Shown here piece by piece: positions 11,684 to 20,766 of a DNA stretch of 64,000 bases. The notes under the pieces are model-generated. The model ran no database searches and was not told the DNA's origin. It saw nothing but the letters and a program-made list of their open reading frames with translations. Positions within the stretch are counted from its first letter, which is position 1, and each line of letters opens with the position of its first letter. Source of the DNA: Clostridia bacterium. GTDB taxonomy: Bacteria > Bacillota > Clostridia > UBA1381 > UMGS1253. The translations under genes and the position numbers were made by a program. The DNA lies in the NCBI GenBank assembly GCA_045636325.1, contig JAZTXH010000009.1, positions 59,479 through 123,478 on the forward strand, given 5' to 3'.

Positions 11684-12562
11684 TTATCCCTGCCTTTCAG
11701 GTTCAGAAGTTTCATACACTTCGTTTTCATCCCATATGCCTTCAAGCCTTTTAAAAGCACTTAGCACTTCATCTTCATTATTCATACAAACCGCCGCCAA
11801 AAGTGCATTTATAACACTCATTGGTGCAACAAGACTGTCAACCACGGAAATCATATCACTTTTTGCCACAAGGCTGAAATCCGCCGCTTGCGCTGCCGGT
11901 GCAGTTTTTGAATCGGTAATACATACAACGGTTGCGTTTCTGCTTTTTGCATAGTTTACCGCCTTTAAGGTACGTTTTGAATATCTCGGAAAGCTCATTC
12001 CGATTAAAACATCGCCCTCACCTATTCTGAAAATCTGCTCAAAAAGCTCACTTGCCGTTGAAGACTGAACAAGCCTCACATTACTTCTTATAAAATTTAA
12101 ATGAAAACTAAAAAACGCTGCCAGCGTCGCTGAGCTTCTTACCCCTACAATATAAACATTTTTTGCCACTGTAATTGCATCTGTAATGGCTTTAAATTCG
12201 TCTTTATCAATATCCTGCAAAGTAGCTTTGATGTTTTCCATATCAGACTCAAGCACTGCATTTACAATATCATCTTTTTCATACATACCTGCTGTTACTT
12301 CAATACGCTGAGCAGAGGTAAGCTTTGTTCTTGCAAGAGCCTTGATTTCCTTTTGCATTGCAGGATATCCGTCAAACCCAAGCTCGCTTGCAAATCTTAC
12401 AACCGTAGACTCACTTACCCCTACGATGTTTCCAAGCTTTGCGGCAGTTATATATGCCGCTTTATCATAATTTTCTTTAATAAAGTTTGCAATTTTTTTC
12501 TTTCCCTTGCTAAAGCTTTTATAATCAGTTTCAATTTTTTCAAGCAAGCTCACGTTTTTCAA
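11684..12562 (-). CDS. MurR/RpiR family transcriptional regulator (HTH + SIS)
   Basis: HTH_6-like N-terminus (ITAAKLGNIVGVSESTVVRFA) plus a SIS domain. The start is set to the TTG preceded by GAAGGGTGA. The longer track ORF upstream looks non-coding. Confidence 0.7.
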   Translation of the reverse strand: MKNVSLLEKIETDYKSFSKGKKKIANFIKENYDKAAYITAAKLGNIVGVSESTVVRFASELGFDGYPAMQKEIKALARTKLTSAQRIEVTAGMYEKDDIVNAVLESDMENIKATLQDIDKDEFKAITDAITVAKNVYIVGVRSSATLAAFFSFHLNFIRSNVRLVQSSTASELFEQIFRIGEGDVLIGMSFPRYSKRTLKAVNYAKSRNATVVCITDSKTAPAAQAADFSLVAKSDMISVVDSLVAPMSVINALLAAVCMNNEDEVLSAFKRLEGIWDENEVYETSEPERQG

Positions 12563-12665
12563 ACGAATCACCCTTCTAACCCAAACTAAGTCATATAACA
12601 ATATAATAATACAAAACTTAAAATTTTGCAAGCATTTATTTTTAAACTTAGCTTTAATTATTATC

Positions 12666-12693
12666 ACCTAAACCTGCATACTTTCATATTATA
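12666..12693 (+). promoter_or_regulatory. candidate sigma-K-type sporulation promoter of dpaAB
   Basis: AC (12666-12667), a 17-nt spacer, then CATAttaTA (12685-12693), matching AC-N16/17-CATAnnnTA. About 50 nt upstream of dpaA. Confidence 0.4.
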
Positions 12694-12743
12694 TAATACA
12701 AAAAGTAAAAATCAGTATTTTTAAAGAAAGGAATGGCATTTAA

Positions 12744-13601
12744 TTGGACAGAAAAAGAATTTTAGTTATTGGCGGCGATTTAAGACTTGTATACCTTGCT
12801 GATGCCTTTTTAAAAAACGGATTTGAAACTTCCGTGTACGGAATTGAATATAACACATCCATTCTTGGAATCACTCCTGAAGAAAGCCTTGAAAATGCCA
12901 TGAGCAGAGCAGATGTTATAATTCTTCCACTGCCAGTAAGCCGTGACAGACGAAACATAAATGCCGGATATTTTAAGGCAGATATTCCTTTAAATCTGTT
13001 TTTAGAAAACCTAAAACCACATCACATAGTTTTCGGCGGAATGATAACAGACGATTTAAAGACAACCATTGAAAGCAAATCCGCAAAATGCTTTGACTAT
13101 TTTAAAGATGAACAGCTTACCTTAAAAAATGCACAGCTGACTGCAGAGGGTGCAATAAGCACCGCAATTGAAAACACACACTTTTCCCTGTTTGAAAGCA
13201 AGGTTGTAATTCTAGGCTTCGGCAGGATTGCGAAATTTTTAGCCAAGTACCTTGCAGGATTCGAGTGTCGGGTAAGTATATGTGCAAGAAATAAAATTGC
13301 CCTTTCTGAAGCTCAGCTTTCAGGCTATGATGTGTGTGAGCTAAAGAATATGCATCCCGTTTTAAACCGAGCAGATATTATATTTAACACTGTCCCTGCC
13401 CTTGTACTTTCAAAACAGGAGCTTGAATGCATAAGAAAACCCACGCTTGTAATTGACCTTGCATCAAAGCCCGGCGGTGTGGATTTAAGTGCCGCCGCAA
13501 GCCTTGGCATAAATCATATTCAGGCACTTTCTCTGCCGGGTAAAACCGCTCCTGCGAGTGCAGGCAGAGCCATTTACAAAACAGTGACGGAAAATCTTTA
13601 A
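12744..13601 (+). CDS. dpaA: dipicolinate synthase subunit A
   Basis: 285 aa. SpoVFA-like N-terminus (RILVIGGDLR) and a second Rossmann block (VVILGFGRIA). Followed directly by dpaB. Confidence 0.8.
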   Translation: MDRKRILVIGGDLRLVYLADAFLKNGFETSVYGIEYNTSILGITPEESLENAMSRADVIILPLPVSRDRRNINAGYFKADIPLNLFLENLKPHHIVFGGMITDDLKTTIESKSAKCFDYFKDEQLTLKNAQLTAEGAISTAIENTHFSLFESKVVILGFGRIAKFLAKYLAGFECRVSICARNKIALSEAQLSGYDVCELKNMHPVLNRADIIFNTVPALVLSKQELECIRKPTLVIDLASKPGGVDLSAAASLGINHIQALSLPGKTAPASAGRAIYKTVTENL

Positions 13602-13641
13602 TTTAAATCTAAGCCGTTAAATCGGCAGCAAGGAGAGTATT

Positions 13642-14220
13642 ATGGAGCTTTACGGCAAAACAGTAGGCTTTGCCCTTACAGGTTCATTTTGCAGCTTTTC
13701 TTCTGCTTTTAATGCCCTTGAAGGCTTAAAACAGCAGGGCGCAAAAATAATACCCGTAATGAGCGATATCGCCTATACCACCGATACACGCTTTGGCACT
13801 GCCGCCGAGCACATAAAAAAAGCAGAAGAAATTTGTGAAAACAAAATTATACACACTATTTCAGGTGCCGAACCCATTGGCCCGAAAAAGCTTTTGGATT
13901 TACTTATAATATGCCCCTGCACGGGAAACACCATGGCAAAGCTTGCAAATGCAATAACCGACACACCGGTTACTATGGCAGCAAAAGCACATTTGAGAAA
14001 CGAACGACCGGTTTTAATCTGCCCTGCAACAAACGATGCTTTGGGCGCAAGCGGAAAAAACATTCTCTCACTTATGGCAATGAAAAATATATTTTTCGCC
14101 CCATTTGGCGAAGATGACCCGTATAAAAAGCCAAAGTCTTTGGTGTGCCTTTGGGATTATGTTATACCGGCGGCAAAAAGCGCTCTTGATTATGTGCAGT
14201 ATCAGCCGGTGATAAAGTAA
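13642..14220 (+). CDS. dpaB: dipicolinate synthase subunit B (flavoprotein)
   Basis: 192 aa, SpoVFB-like (GFALTGSFC…PCTGNTMAKLANAITDTPV). Confidence 0.85.
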   Translation: MELYGKTVGFALTGSFCSFSSAFNALEGLKQQGAKIIPVMSDIAYTTDTRFGTAAEHIKKAEEICENKIIHTISGAEPIGPKKLLDLLIICPCTGNTMAKLANAITDTPVTMAAKAHLRNERPVLICPATNDALGASGKNILSLMAMKNIFFAPFGEDDPYKKPKSLVCLWDYVIPAAKSALDYVQYQPVIK

Positions 14221-14299
14221 AAAGACTTGTCCAAAATGTGCAGAGCGCGCAAAAAATTCAGGCAAAAGTATTTATGAATTTTAATATCTGTTATACAAT

Positions 14300-14338
14300 A
14301 AAAAACCAACGGTTTTCAAAAAAAATCGCTGGTTTTTT
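14300..14338. terminator. weak bidirectional terminator between the convergent dpaB and queH
   Basis: AAAAACCAACG…CGCTGGTTTTTT: an 8-bp stem with one mismatch, a large loop, and flanking A and T runs. Confidence 0.4.
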
Positions 14339-14451
14339 AATATATCTTACGCTATACACAAAGCCTCACCGCTCGATGTACCCATGTACACCTTCGGGTT
14401 CGTTTTATGTATTCTGCACTATTTTGGCTCAAGCCTTTTCAAACATTTACT

Positions 14452-15105
14452 TTATTCATTATTTTTTGAAAATACGCATCCGCAATAATCCTGACGATAA
14501 AGGCCGTATTCTTTTGAAAGCTCGATTGAGCGTTTATACCCGTTTTTCTTTTTAAAATCGGAATAAAGATATTTTATGTTATATTTATTAGAAAGTTCTT
14601 TTCCGATTTGGTTTAGCTTTTCTGCATTTTTTAAGGGGCTTATGGAAAGTGTTGTGCAAAAATAATCAAATCCCTTTTGTTTTGCATACCGCGCCGATTC
14701 TTCAAGGCGAAGCCTGTAGCATATAAAACATCTCTCTCCCCCTTCGGGGCAGTTTTCATATCCTTTAACAGCTGAGTAAAACTCACTTTCGTCAAACTCG
14801 GATACCACAACCTTTATGCCGCCCATTTTTTTGGCTAAGCTTTTTTGTTCTTCTGCACGCTTAAAAAATTCCTCTTTAGGATATATATTAGGGTTATAAT
14901 AAAGCAGGGTTATATCAAAAATTTCTTTTAAATATTCTAATACATAAGACGAACATGGCGCACAACAGCTATGAACAAGAAGGCGTTTTCTTAAACCTGC
15001 CATCTCTTTTGTTATTTTTTCAATCTCTGCTTCAAGCTGTTTTTGATAATTAACTTTATTTATCACACGCTCACCTGTTTTGTAATTGTAATTTATATTT
15101 CCCAA
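14452..15105 (-). CDS. queH: epoxyqueuosine reductase QueH (DUF208)
   Basis: HSCCAPCS cluster motif and overall DUF208 pattern. Confidence 0.8.
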   Translation of the reverse strand: MGNINYNYKTGERVINKVNYQKQLEAEIEKITKEMAGLRKRLLVHSCCAPCSSYVLEYLKEIFDITLLYYNPNIYPKEEFFKRAEEQKSLAKKMGGIKVVVSEFDESEFYSAVKGYENCPEGGERCFICYRLRLEESARYAKQKGFDYFCTTLSISPLKNAEKLNQIGKELSNKYNIKYLYSDFKKKNGYKRSIELSKEYGLYRQDYCGCVFSKNNE

Positions 15106-15641
15106 AGTTCTGCCTTACCGGTTGAAACTGCCGCTGCACCGCATTTAAGAGCGGCTTTAACTTCCGCCTCAGTTTCCACAAGACCGCCCGCAATCACCGG
15201 CACATTAAGGCTTTGACTTAAGCTTTCAATAACCTTGTTTGCAATACCCGGCATAACCTCTATCATATCAGGTTTTGCCGATTTAACCGATTCTACGGTG
15301 GTCAAAACAGAATGTGAATCAACAATAAAGAATCGCTGCACCGTAAAAATTTCAAACTTTCGGGCAAGTTTTATAATATTTTGCCTTGTGGATATAATAC
15401 CGTCTATTCCAATGCTTTTTAAAAAGCGTATTCCGCTTTCGTCTTTACCGATACCATCGGCAAAATCCATATGAACAAAAAGTTTTTTATCCTTTTCATG
15501 AGCAAGACGAATCCGTTTTGTGACTTTTAAAAGGTCTGTATTTAAATCAAATATAATTTCTGCTTTTTTGCAGAGTGCAAGACGGAATTCTTCATCTGAC
15601 CGCACTGCAGCAATAACTACGCCTGAATTTGACAAATCCAT
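15093..15641 (-). CDS. glpP: glycerol-3-phosphate-responsive antiterminator
   Basis: 182 aa. GlpP blocks VIAAVR…FVHMD…DGIISTR…PVIAGGL…AVSTG. Confidence 0.8.
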   Translation of the reverse strand: MDLSNSGVVIAAVRSDEEFRLALCKKAEIIFDLNTDLLKVTKRIRLAHEKDKKLFVHMDFADGIGKDESGIRFLKSIGIDGIISTRQNIIKLARKFEIFTVQRFFIVDSHSVLTTVESVKSAKPDMIEVMPGIANKVIESLSQSLNVPVIAGGLVETEAEVKAALKCGAAAVSTGKAELWEI

Positions 15642-15659
15642 ACAAACCCCCTCCTATAC

Positions 15660-16071
15660 TTACTCTAAAATATTTGATGTGATATAATCAACACCCCACG
15701 AAACAAGCTTTTTTTGCTTCTTCCTTATCATCCACTGTCCAGCAGTTTACCTCAATATTATTTTTATGCAGTTGTTTTATATTCTCCTCCGTTATTGCCT
15801 TATAATAAATATCAATATCACAATTGTTTTCTGTAAGTCTTTTTAAAATTTCTTCGTTATATTCGCTTACAAGACACTGTATTTTTGCATCTGACTTTGT
15901 GTCACACACTCTTTCGATGGTTTCATCGTGAATAATAACAAATTTTTTATAAGGAGTGAGATGAATGTCACATTCAACACCAAAATAGCTTCTGTTACCC
16001 GCAGCTACAAATGCCACCGCAGTGTTTTCAGTTTCAAGGCCTGAAAACCCGCGGTGTACCGCCATTTTCAC
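15660..16071 (-). pseudogene. glycerophosphodiester phosphodiesterase remnant (internal deletion plus homopolymer frameshift)
   Basis: The N-terminus HRGFSG..ENT…ECDIHLT…IIHDE is GDPD-like. The ORF stops at …KKACFVGC*. Shifting one base at the T7 run (15709-15715, A7 on the coding strand) restores …EEAKKLVSWGVDYITSNILE*, a typical GDPD C-terminus. The total is only ~136 aa, versus ~230-250 aa for family members. Confidence 0.7.
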
Positions 16072-16106
16072 ATTTCCTTGTTAATTTTTACACTATCCAT
16101 ATTTAA

Positions 16107-16451
16107 TTACTCTTTTGCCTGCGTTGCAACTATATTTGCACCAAATACATCTTTTATTATAACATCTCCAACGGAAACTGGCAAGGGAGTAATTGTATTA
16201 TTTATAATTTTCATACACTCAAACATTTTATCCTTGGGAATTGTGCGGTCTGTTTTAACTGATAACAGTGAACCGTCTTGGCATTTTACTGTACTTGTTA
16301 TGGTGCGCATTGGATTTGTGCATTCCTCACGGGCATATTTTTCGCCTCTTGGACAGGTGTTACCCACAACCTTTATCACTTCTCCGCCCTCAAGCTCAAT
16401 TTCCATACTGCAACCCATAGGGCATACTATACATGTAAGCTGTCTTTTCAT
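16107..16451 (-). CDS. DUF1667 domain protein (third subunit of the GlpA-like oxidoreductase set)
   Basis: 114 aa. CIVCPMGC…GNTCPRG motif typical of DUF1667. Confidence 0.8.
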   Translation of the reverse strand: MKRQLTCIVCPMGCSMEIELEGGEVIKVVGNTCPRGEKYAREECTNPMRTITSTVKCQDGSLLSVKTDRTIPKDKMFECMKIINNTITPLPVSVGDVIIKDVFGANIVATQAKE

Positions 16452-16469
16452 TTTTAAACCCCTCCTTAC

Positions 16470-17711
16470 TTATAAAAGTTCAAGCGAAAACGTAAGCTCG
16501 CTTGCATTTTCAAGGCTTTCCTTTTTAAGCTCTACTGCTTCCATTTCACCCGGTGCAAGGGCAATCTTCTTCTTTGAGTATATAACCTCACCGGTATCCG
16601 TTAAAACATTTATTTTCGCATTTTTATAAACATCAGAAACTCTGAAATACACCTTAACATCCTTAAGCTTTGTGATTTTCTGAGGAACTGTGTAACGGAT
16701 TTTTCCGTCTGTTTTAACGTTTATTTCACATTTTTCATCTTCTGATTTATTTAATATGTATTCTGCCGCCGCGCATCCTGCAATTTCAGCCTCGCCTGAT
16801 ACAAAGTCTACAAGGTCGTGCACGTGAAGCACATTACCACAGGCAAAAACACCTTCTACATTTGTCTGTCTGTCCTGGTCAACTATGCCGCCTGATGTTA
16901 CGGCTGAAATTTCAACGCCCGCTTTTTTAGAAAGCTCATTTTCAGGAATAAGACCTACTGATAACAAAAGTGTATCACACGCAATAAATTCTCTTGTGCC
17001 CTCAATGGGACGGCGCTTTTCGTCAACCTGTGCGATTGTAACCCCCTCAAGCCTTTCCTTACCGTGAATTTCAACTACTGTATGACTTAGCTTTAAAGGA
17101 ATATTAAAGTCATTTAAGCACTGCTCAATATTTCTCTTAAGACCGCCTGAATAAGGCATGAGTTCACACACTGCATGAACCTTTGCACCCTCCAGGGTCA
17201 TTCTTCTTGCCATTATAAGGCCAATATCGCCTGAGCCTAAAATAACAACATTCCTGCCCGGAAGATAACCTTTCATGTTAACGTATTTCTGCGCAGTACC
17301 GGCAGAAAAAATTCCGGCAGGGCGTGTACCTGAAATATTAAGGGCACCCTTTGCTCTTTCGCGGCAACCCATTGCAAGAATAATTGCCTTTGCCTTAATC
17401 TGAAATATACCATCCTCTGTATTTGTTGCTGTTACAACCTTGTCTTCTGTTATATCTAAAACCATTGTATTAAGCTTATAAGCAATCCCAAGCTCTTTAA
17501 CCCTTTTTTCATAGCGGTAAGCATACTCAGGGCCGCAAAGCTCTTCTGAAAACTTGTGAAGTCCAAATCCATTATGGATACACTGCCTTAAAATACCGCC
17601 TAATGCATCGTCCCTTTCAAGGATTAAAATATCTTTAATTCCGCTTTCATACGCCGCAATTGCCGCACTCATGCCCGCAGGGCCACCGCCTATTATAACT
17701 AAATCTGTCAT
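16470..17711 (-). CDS. pyridine nucleotide-disulfide family FAD/NAD(P) oxidoreductase
   Basis: 413 aa. IIGGGPAGMSAA and VILGSGDIGL dinucleotide motifs. Confidence 0.8.
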   Translation of the reverse strand: MTDLVIIGGGPAGMSAAIAAYESGIKDILILERDDALGGILRQCIHNGFGLHKFSEELCGPEYAYRYEKRVKELGIAYKLNTMVLDITEDKVVTATNTEDGIFQIKAKAIILAMGCRERAKGALNISGTRPAGIFSAGTAQKYVNMKGYLPGRNVVILGSGDIGLIMARRMTLEGAKVHAVCELMPYSGGLKRNIEQCLNDFNIPLKLSHTVVEIHGKERLEGVTIAQVDEKRRPIEGTREFIACDTLLLSVGLIPENELSKKAGVEISAVTSGGIVDQDRQTNVEGVFACGNVLHVHDLVDFVSGEAEIAGCAAAEYILNKSEDEKCEINVKTDGKIRYTVPQKITKLKDVKVYFRVSDVYKNAKINVLTDTGEVIYSKKKIALAPGEMEAVELKKESLENASELTFSLELL

Positions 17712-17712
17712 C

Positions 17713-19143
17713 TTAATCCTCCTTTGTTTTTCCTAAATTGATTTTTGAGTTTCCGCCGAATTTTGTTACATCGCCAAATTCAATATTAATTTCGCGGCTT
17801 AAAAGCTCTGCTATATAAGGACCGCAAAATCCACCCTGACATCTGCCCATCTGTGCACGGGTACGTCTTTTAACGCCGTCTAAATCGCGGGCCTTGGGGT
17901 TATTTCTTATAGCGTCTAAAATCTCGCCCTCGGTAACGGTTTCGCATCTGCAAACGATTTTGCCGTAAGCAGGATTCTTTCTTATCATTTCGTTCTTTTC
18001 TTCAATTGAAGCATCTTTAAAATAATGCATAGCGCGCCTTTTTGGATTAAAGCCTTTGTTTTCTTCAAGCTTAAGACCGATTTTTTCTAAAATTTCAATT
18101 ACATACACTGCAATCGCAGGTGCACTTGAAAGGCCGGGAGATTCAATAGCGCCGACATTTACAAAGCTGTCTCCAAAAGCATTTATTACAAAGTCCCCCT
18201 TATCACCAACGGCACGAAGACCGCAGAAGGATGTGATTGACTTATTAAGAGGAAGTGTTTTAACACTTCTTTTTGCTTCATCTATAATCTTTTTAAAGCC
18301 TTTATCTGTTACAGATGTATCTTCTTTATCTTCAATATCTTCTGCTGTGGGACCTAAGATGATATTGCAGTCAACAGTAGGTGAAACCAAAATGCCCTTA
18401 CCCATTTTGCTTGGTGTCTGGAAAATGGTGTGCTTTGCAAGGTATTCACATTCGTTATCTAAAAGTATGTATTCACCGCGTCTTGGTGTGATTTTAAATG
18501 AATTATCGCCAACCATGCCTGCAATTTTATCTGAATAAAGGCCTGCCGCATTTACAATATAGCGACTTTCAATACATTTATCACCTGATAAAATTTTATA
18601 TCCTTTATCGGTTTTGTTTATGTTTTCGACCTCAAAATCCAAAACAAGCTCCGCTCCGTTATCCATAGCATTACCAACTGCGGCAATTGCAAGCTCATAA
18701 GGGCATACTATAGCACTTGTGGGCGCATAAAGAGCACAGGTAACATTATCTGAAATTTCAGACTCAATTTTTCTTATCTGCTCAGTTTTTAAAATTTCAA
18801 GGCCGGCAACTCCGTTTGCCTTACCTCTTTTTAAAAGCATTTGAAGGTGCTCTTCATCTTCAGAATTAAAGCCAACAACTAAGGCGCCGTTCTTTTTATA
18901 TTTTACGCCAAGCTCGCATGTTACTTTTTCCATCATTTCAGAGCCTTTAACATTCATTTTTGCTTTAAGGCTGCCTTCTTTTGCATCAAAGCCTGCGTGA
19001 ACAATGGCAGAATTTGCCTTTGTTGTGCCCATTGCAACGTCGCCGGCTTTTTCAATGATTACAACCTTTAAGTTATAACGCATAAGCTCTCTTGCAATCA
19101 TACCGCCGATTACGCCTGCACCGATTACCGCTACATCATACAT
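17713..19143 (-). CDS. FAD-dependent glycerol-3-phosphate dehydrogenase-like oxidoreductase with a BFD-like [2Fe-2S] domain
   Basis: 476 aa. VIGAGVIGG at the N-terminus and CRCETVTEGEI…C..GFC at the C-terminus. Confidence 0.85.
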   Translation of the reverse strand: MYDVAVIGAGVIGGMIARELMRYNLKVVIIEKAGDVAMGTTKANSAIVHAGFDAKEGSLKAKMNVKGSEMMEKVTCELGVKYKKNGALVVGFNSEDEEHLQMLLKRGKANGVAGLEILKTEQIRKIESEISDNVTCALYAPTSAIVCPYELAIAAVGNAMDNGAELVLDFEVENINKTDKGYKILSGDKCIESRYIVNAAGLYSDKIAGMVGDNSFKITPRRGEYILLDNECEYLAKHTIFQTPSKMGKGILVSPTVDCNIILGPTAEDIEDKEDTSVTDKGFKKIIDEAKRSVKTLPLNKSITSFCGLRAVGDKGDFVINAFGDSFVNVGAIESPGLSSAPAIAVYVIEILEKIGLKLEENKGFNPKRRAMHYFKDASIEEKNEMIRKNPAYGKIVCRCETVTEGEILDAIRNNPKARDLDGVKRRTRAQMGRCQGGFCGPYIAELLSREINIEFGDVTKFGGNSKINLGKTKED

Positions 19144-19174
19144 AACTACAAAACCTCACTTATAAATTTTATTT

Positions 19175-19226
19175 TAAAAAAAGACGCACCAAAACAGAGC
19201 CATAAGACTCTGATTTGACACGTCTC
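19175..19226 (-). terminator. leader terminator (attenuator) between the promoter and the glp-like operon; candidate GlpP target
   Basis: Minus-strand RNA reads AGACGUGUCAAAUCAGAG-ucuuaugg-CUCUGUUUUGGUGCGUCU followed by a U7 run. It lies between the -10 at 19247 and the start codon at 19143. Confidence 0.6.
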
Positions 19227-19246
19227 CAAATCTCTGTATCAAAAAC

Positions 19247-19275
19247 ATTATATTACTTTTTTTAATCTTTGTCAA
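19247..19275 (-). promoter_or_regulatory. sigma-A promoter of the glp-like operon
   Basis: Minus strand reads TTGACA (19270-19275), a 17-nt spacer, then TATAAT (19247-19252). Confidence 0.7.
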
Positions 19276-19333
19276 CAACTTATTGAAAATTATTTCAAAT
19301 ATTTTTCTGTCAATTAAAGTTTTTATTTTTATC

Positions 19334-19366
19334 AAAAAAGCCGCTAATGCAAAAAAGCATAGCGAC
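19334..19366 (-). terminator. terminator downstream of the madM-like gene (copy A of a duplicated terminator)
   Basis: Minus RNA reads GUCGCUAUGC-UUUUUU-GCAUUAGCGGC followed by a U6 run. Confidence 0.6.
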
Positions 19367-19395
19367 TCTTATTATTTTATTTGTTTTATGTATTT

Positions 19396-20169
19396 TTACG
19401 GTAAAAATATTTTTACTAAGAAAAACAATACTGACGGGCAAAGCAGGCACCCAAGCCCCGTGTAGAATGTAGCTGTCATGGCCCCATACGGCACCAACTT
19501 GGGATCAGTTGCCGCAAGACCTGCACTTGTTCCGCTGGTAGTTCCCATAAGTCCACCGAAAATCATTGCCGAACCAGGAGTTGTAAGCCCTATTCTCTTC
19601 GCAACTAAAGGCGTAACAAGCATTACTGCAATAGATTTAAACACACCTGCTGCAATCGAAATTGCAATAACAGCCGACTCAGCTCCAACCGCCGCACCAG
19701 TGACAGGCCCTACCACAAAAGTAACAGTTCCCGCTGCGATTGTCGTAACGCTCGCAGCATCATTGTAACCAAATGCAACTGCAATTAAAGCTCCTACAAT
19801 AAATGTGACAATAACACCAATTAAAAGCGCAATCACACCAGCAATACCACATTTTTTAATTTCAGAAAACTTTGCCCCATAAGATGTTGCCACAATTGTG
19901 AAATCACGAAGTGTGGAGCTACCCAAAATACCAATACCTGTAAAAACAGTAATATCTGCCAAACCCTTGGAGCCACCCGTTAATTTTCCACCAATATACG
20001 CAAGAATAAGACCTAAGAAAATCGCAATTGCAGAGGCATGAATTCTCCTCTTTGCAATCTTGGCAGAAACAAAATTTGAAAACATAGCAATAATTCCAAC
20101 AATCAAAAACGACATAACAAATGCGTTATCAACAAAAATCTCTACAAAAATATTTAATATCTCTTTCAT
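19396..20169 (-). CDS. MadM-like membrane transporter subunit
   Basis: 257-aa polytopic membrane protein overlapping a 127-aa membrane partner by 4 nt. The size and pairing match the MadL/MadM Na+/malonate symporter family. Family recalled from memory. Confidence 0.5.
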   Translation of the reverse strand: MKEILNIFVEIFVDNAFVMSFLIVGIIAMFSNFVSAKIAKRRIHASAIAIFLGLILAYIGGKLTGGSKGLADITVFTGIGILGSSTLRDFTIVATSYGAKFSEIKKCGIAGVIALLIGVIVTFIVGALIAVAFGYNDAASVTTIAAGTVTFVVGPVTGAAVGAESAVIAISIAAGVFKSIAVMLVTPLVAKRIGLTTPGSAMIFGGLMGTTSGTSAGLAATDPKLVPYGAMTATFYTGLGCLLCPSVLFFLVKIFLP

Positions 20170-20549
20170 TTCTCTGCCTCCGTTTTATTTTCTCCTTTTG
20201 CCTTTGTAAACTTATTAAAAAGAGGCAATATAAGAAACATCGCTACCACAACGCCAAGCCCCGCAACCAACGCAAGCACTCCGCCCTCCAAAGCTCTGAT
20301 AACATTCTGTGATGCAGACATTGCAATAATGACAGGAATAAACATTTCCTTCCAAAAATCAAGACCCTTAGTATAATCCTTGGGTAAAAACTTATTTATC
20401 TTTTTGGAATTGGTCGCCATTAAAAGCAAAATCATCGCAAAACCTACTCCGCCGATATCAGAATTAAGTCCTGTTAAAAGCCCCAGTAGATTTCCTACAA
20501 ATGAACCTATCAGCATACATCCGGCTAATAAAGCCACACCATAAATCAT
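20166..20549 (-). CDS. MadL-like membrane transporter subunit
   Basis: 127 aa with four predicted TM helices, translationally coupled to the MadM-like gene. Confidence 0.5.
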   Translation of the reverse strand: MIYGVALLAGCMLIGSFVGNLLGLLTGLNSDIGGVGFAMILLLMATNSKKINKFLPKDYTKGLDFWKEMFIPVIIAMSASQNVIRALEGGVLALVAGLGVVVAMFLILPLFNKFTKAKGENKTEAEK

Positions 20550-20691
20550 AACCTATTACTCCTTTGTTTAATTGATATATACTCCAATAACGGAATATTA
20601 TTCCTTGTGTTGTATTATAACATATTATCTATTCTCCGTCAATACAATATTGCATTGTTTTTTTAATCCACATTATAAAACACTTTTTACC

Positions 20692-20723
20692 AAAAAGCCG
20701 ACAATGCAAAAAAGCATATCGGC
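20692..20723 (-). terminator. rnc terminator (copy B of the duplicated terminator)
   Basis: Minus RNA reads GCCGAUAUGC-UUUUUU-GCAUUGUCGGC followed by UUUUUGG, 44 nt past the rnc stop. Confidence 0.7.
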
Positions 20724-20766
20724 TCTGTGTTATATTTATTTCAGATTTGTGTTAGTGCATGCAAAA

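Noticed and set aside
12563-12667. Upstream 35-codon extension of the RpiR ORF (MIIIKAKFKNKCLQNF…).
   Set aside because: The sequence is AT-rich and non-protein-like, and it overlaps the divergent dpaA promoter. A TTG with a good SD at 12562 gives a normal HTH_6 N-terminus.
14238-14555. 105-aa plus-strand ORF in the dpaB/queH convergent gap.
   Set aside because: It crosses the terminator hairpin and overlaps the queH 3' end antisense. There are no supporting signals.
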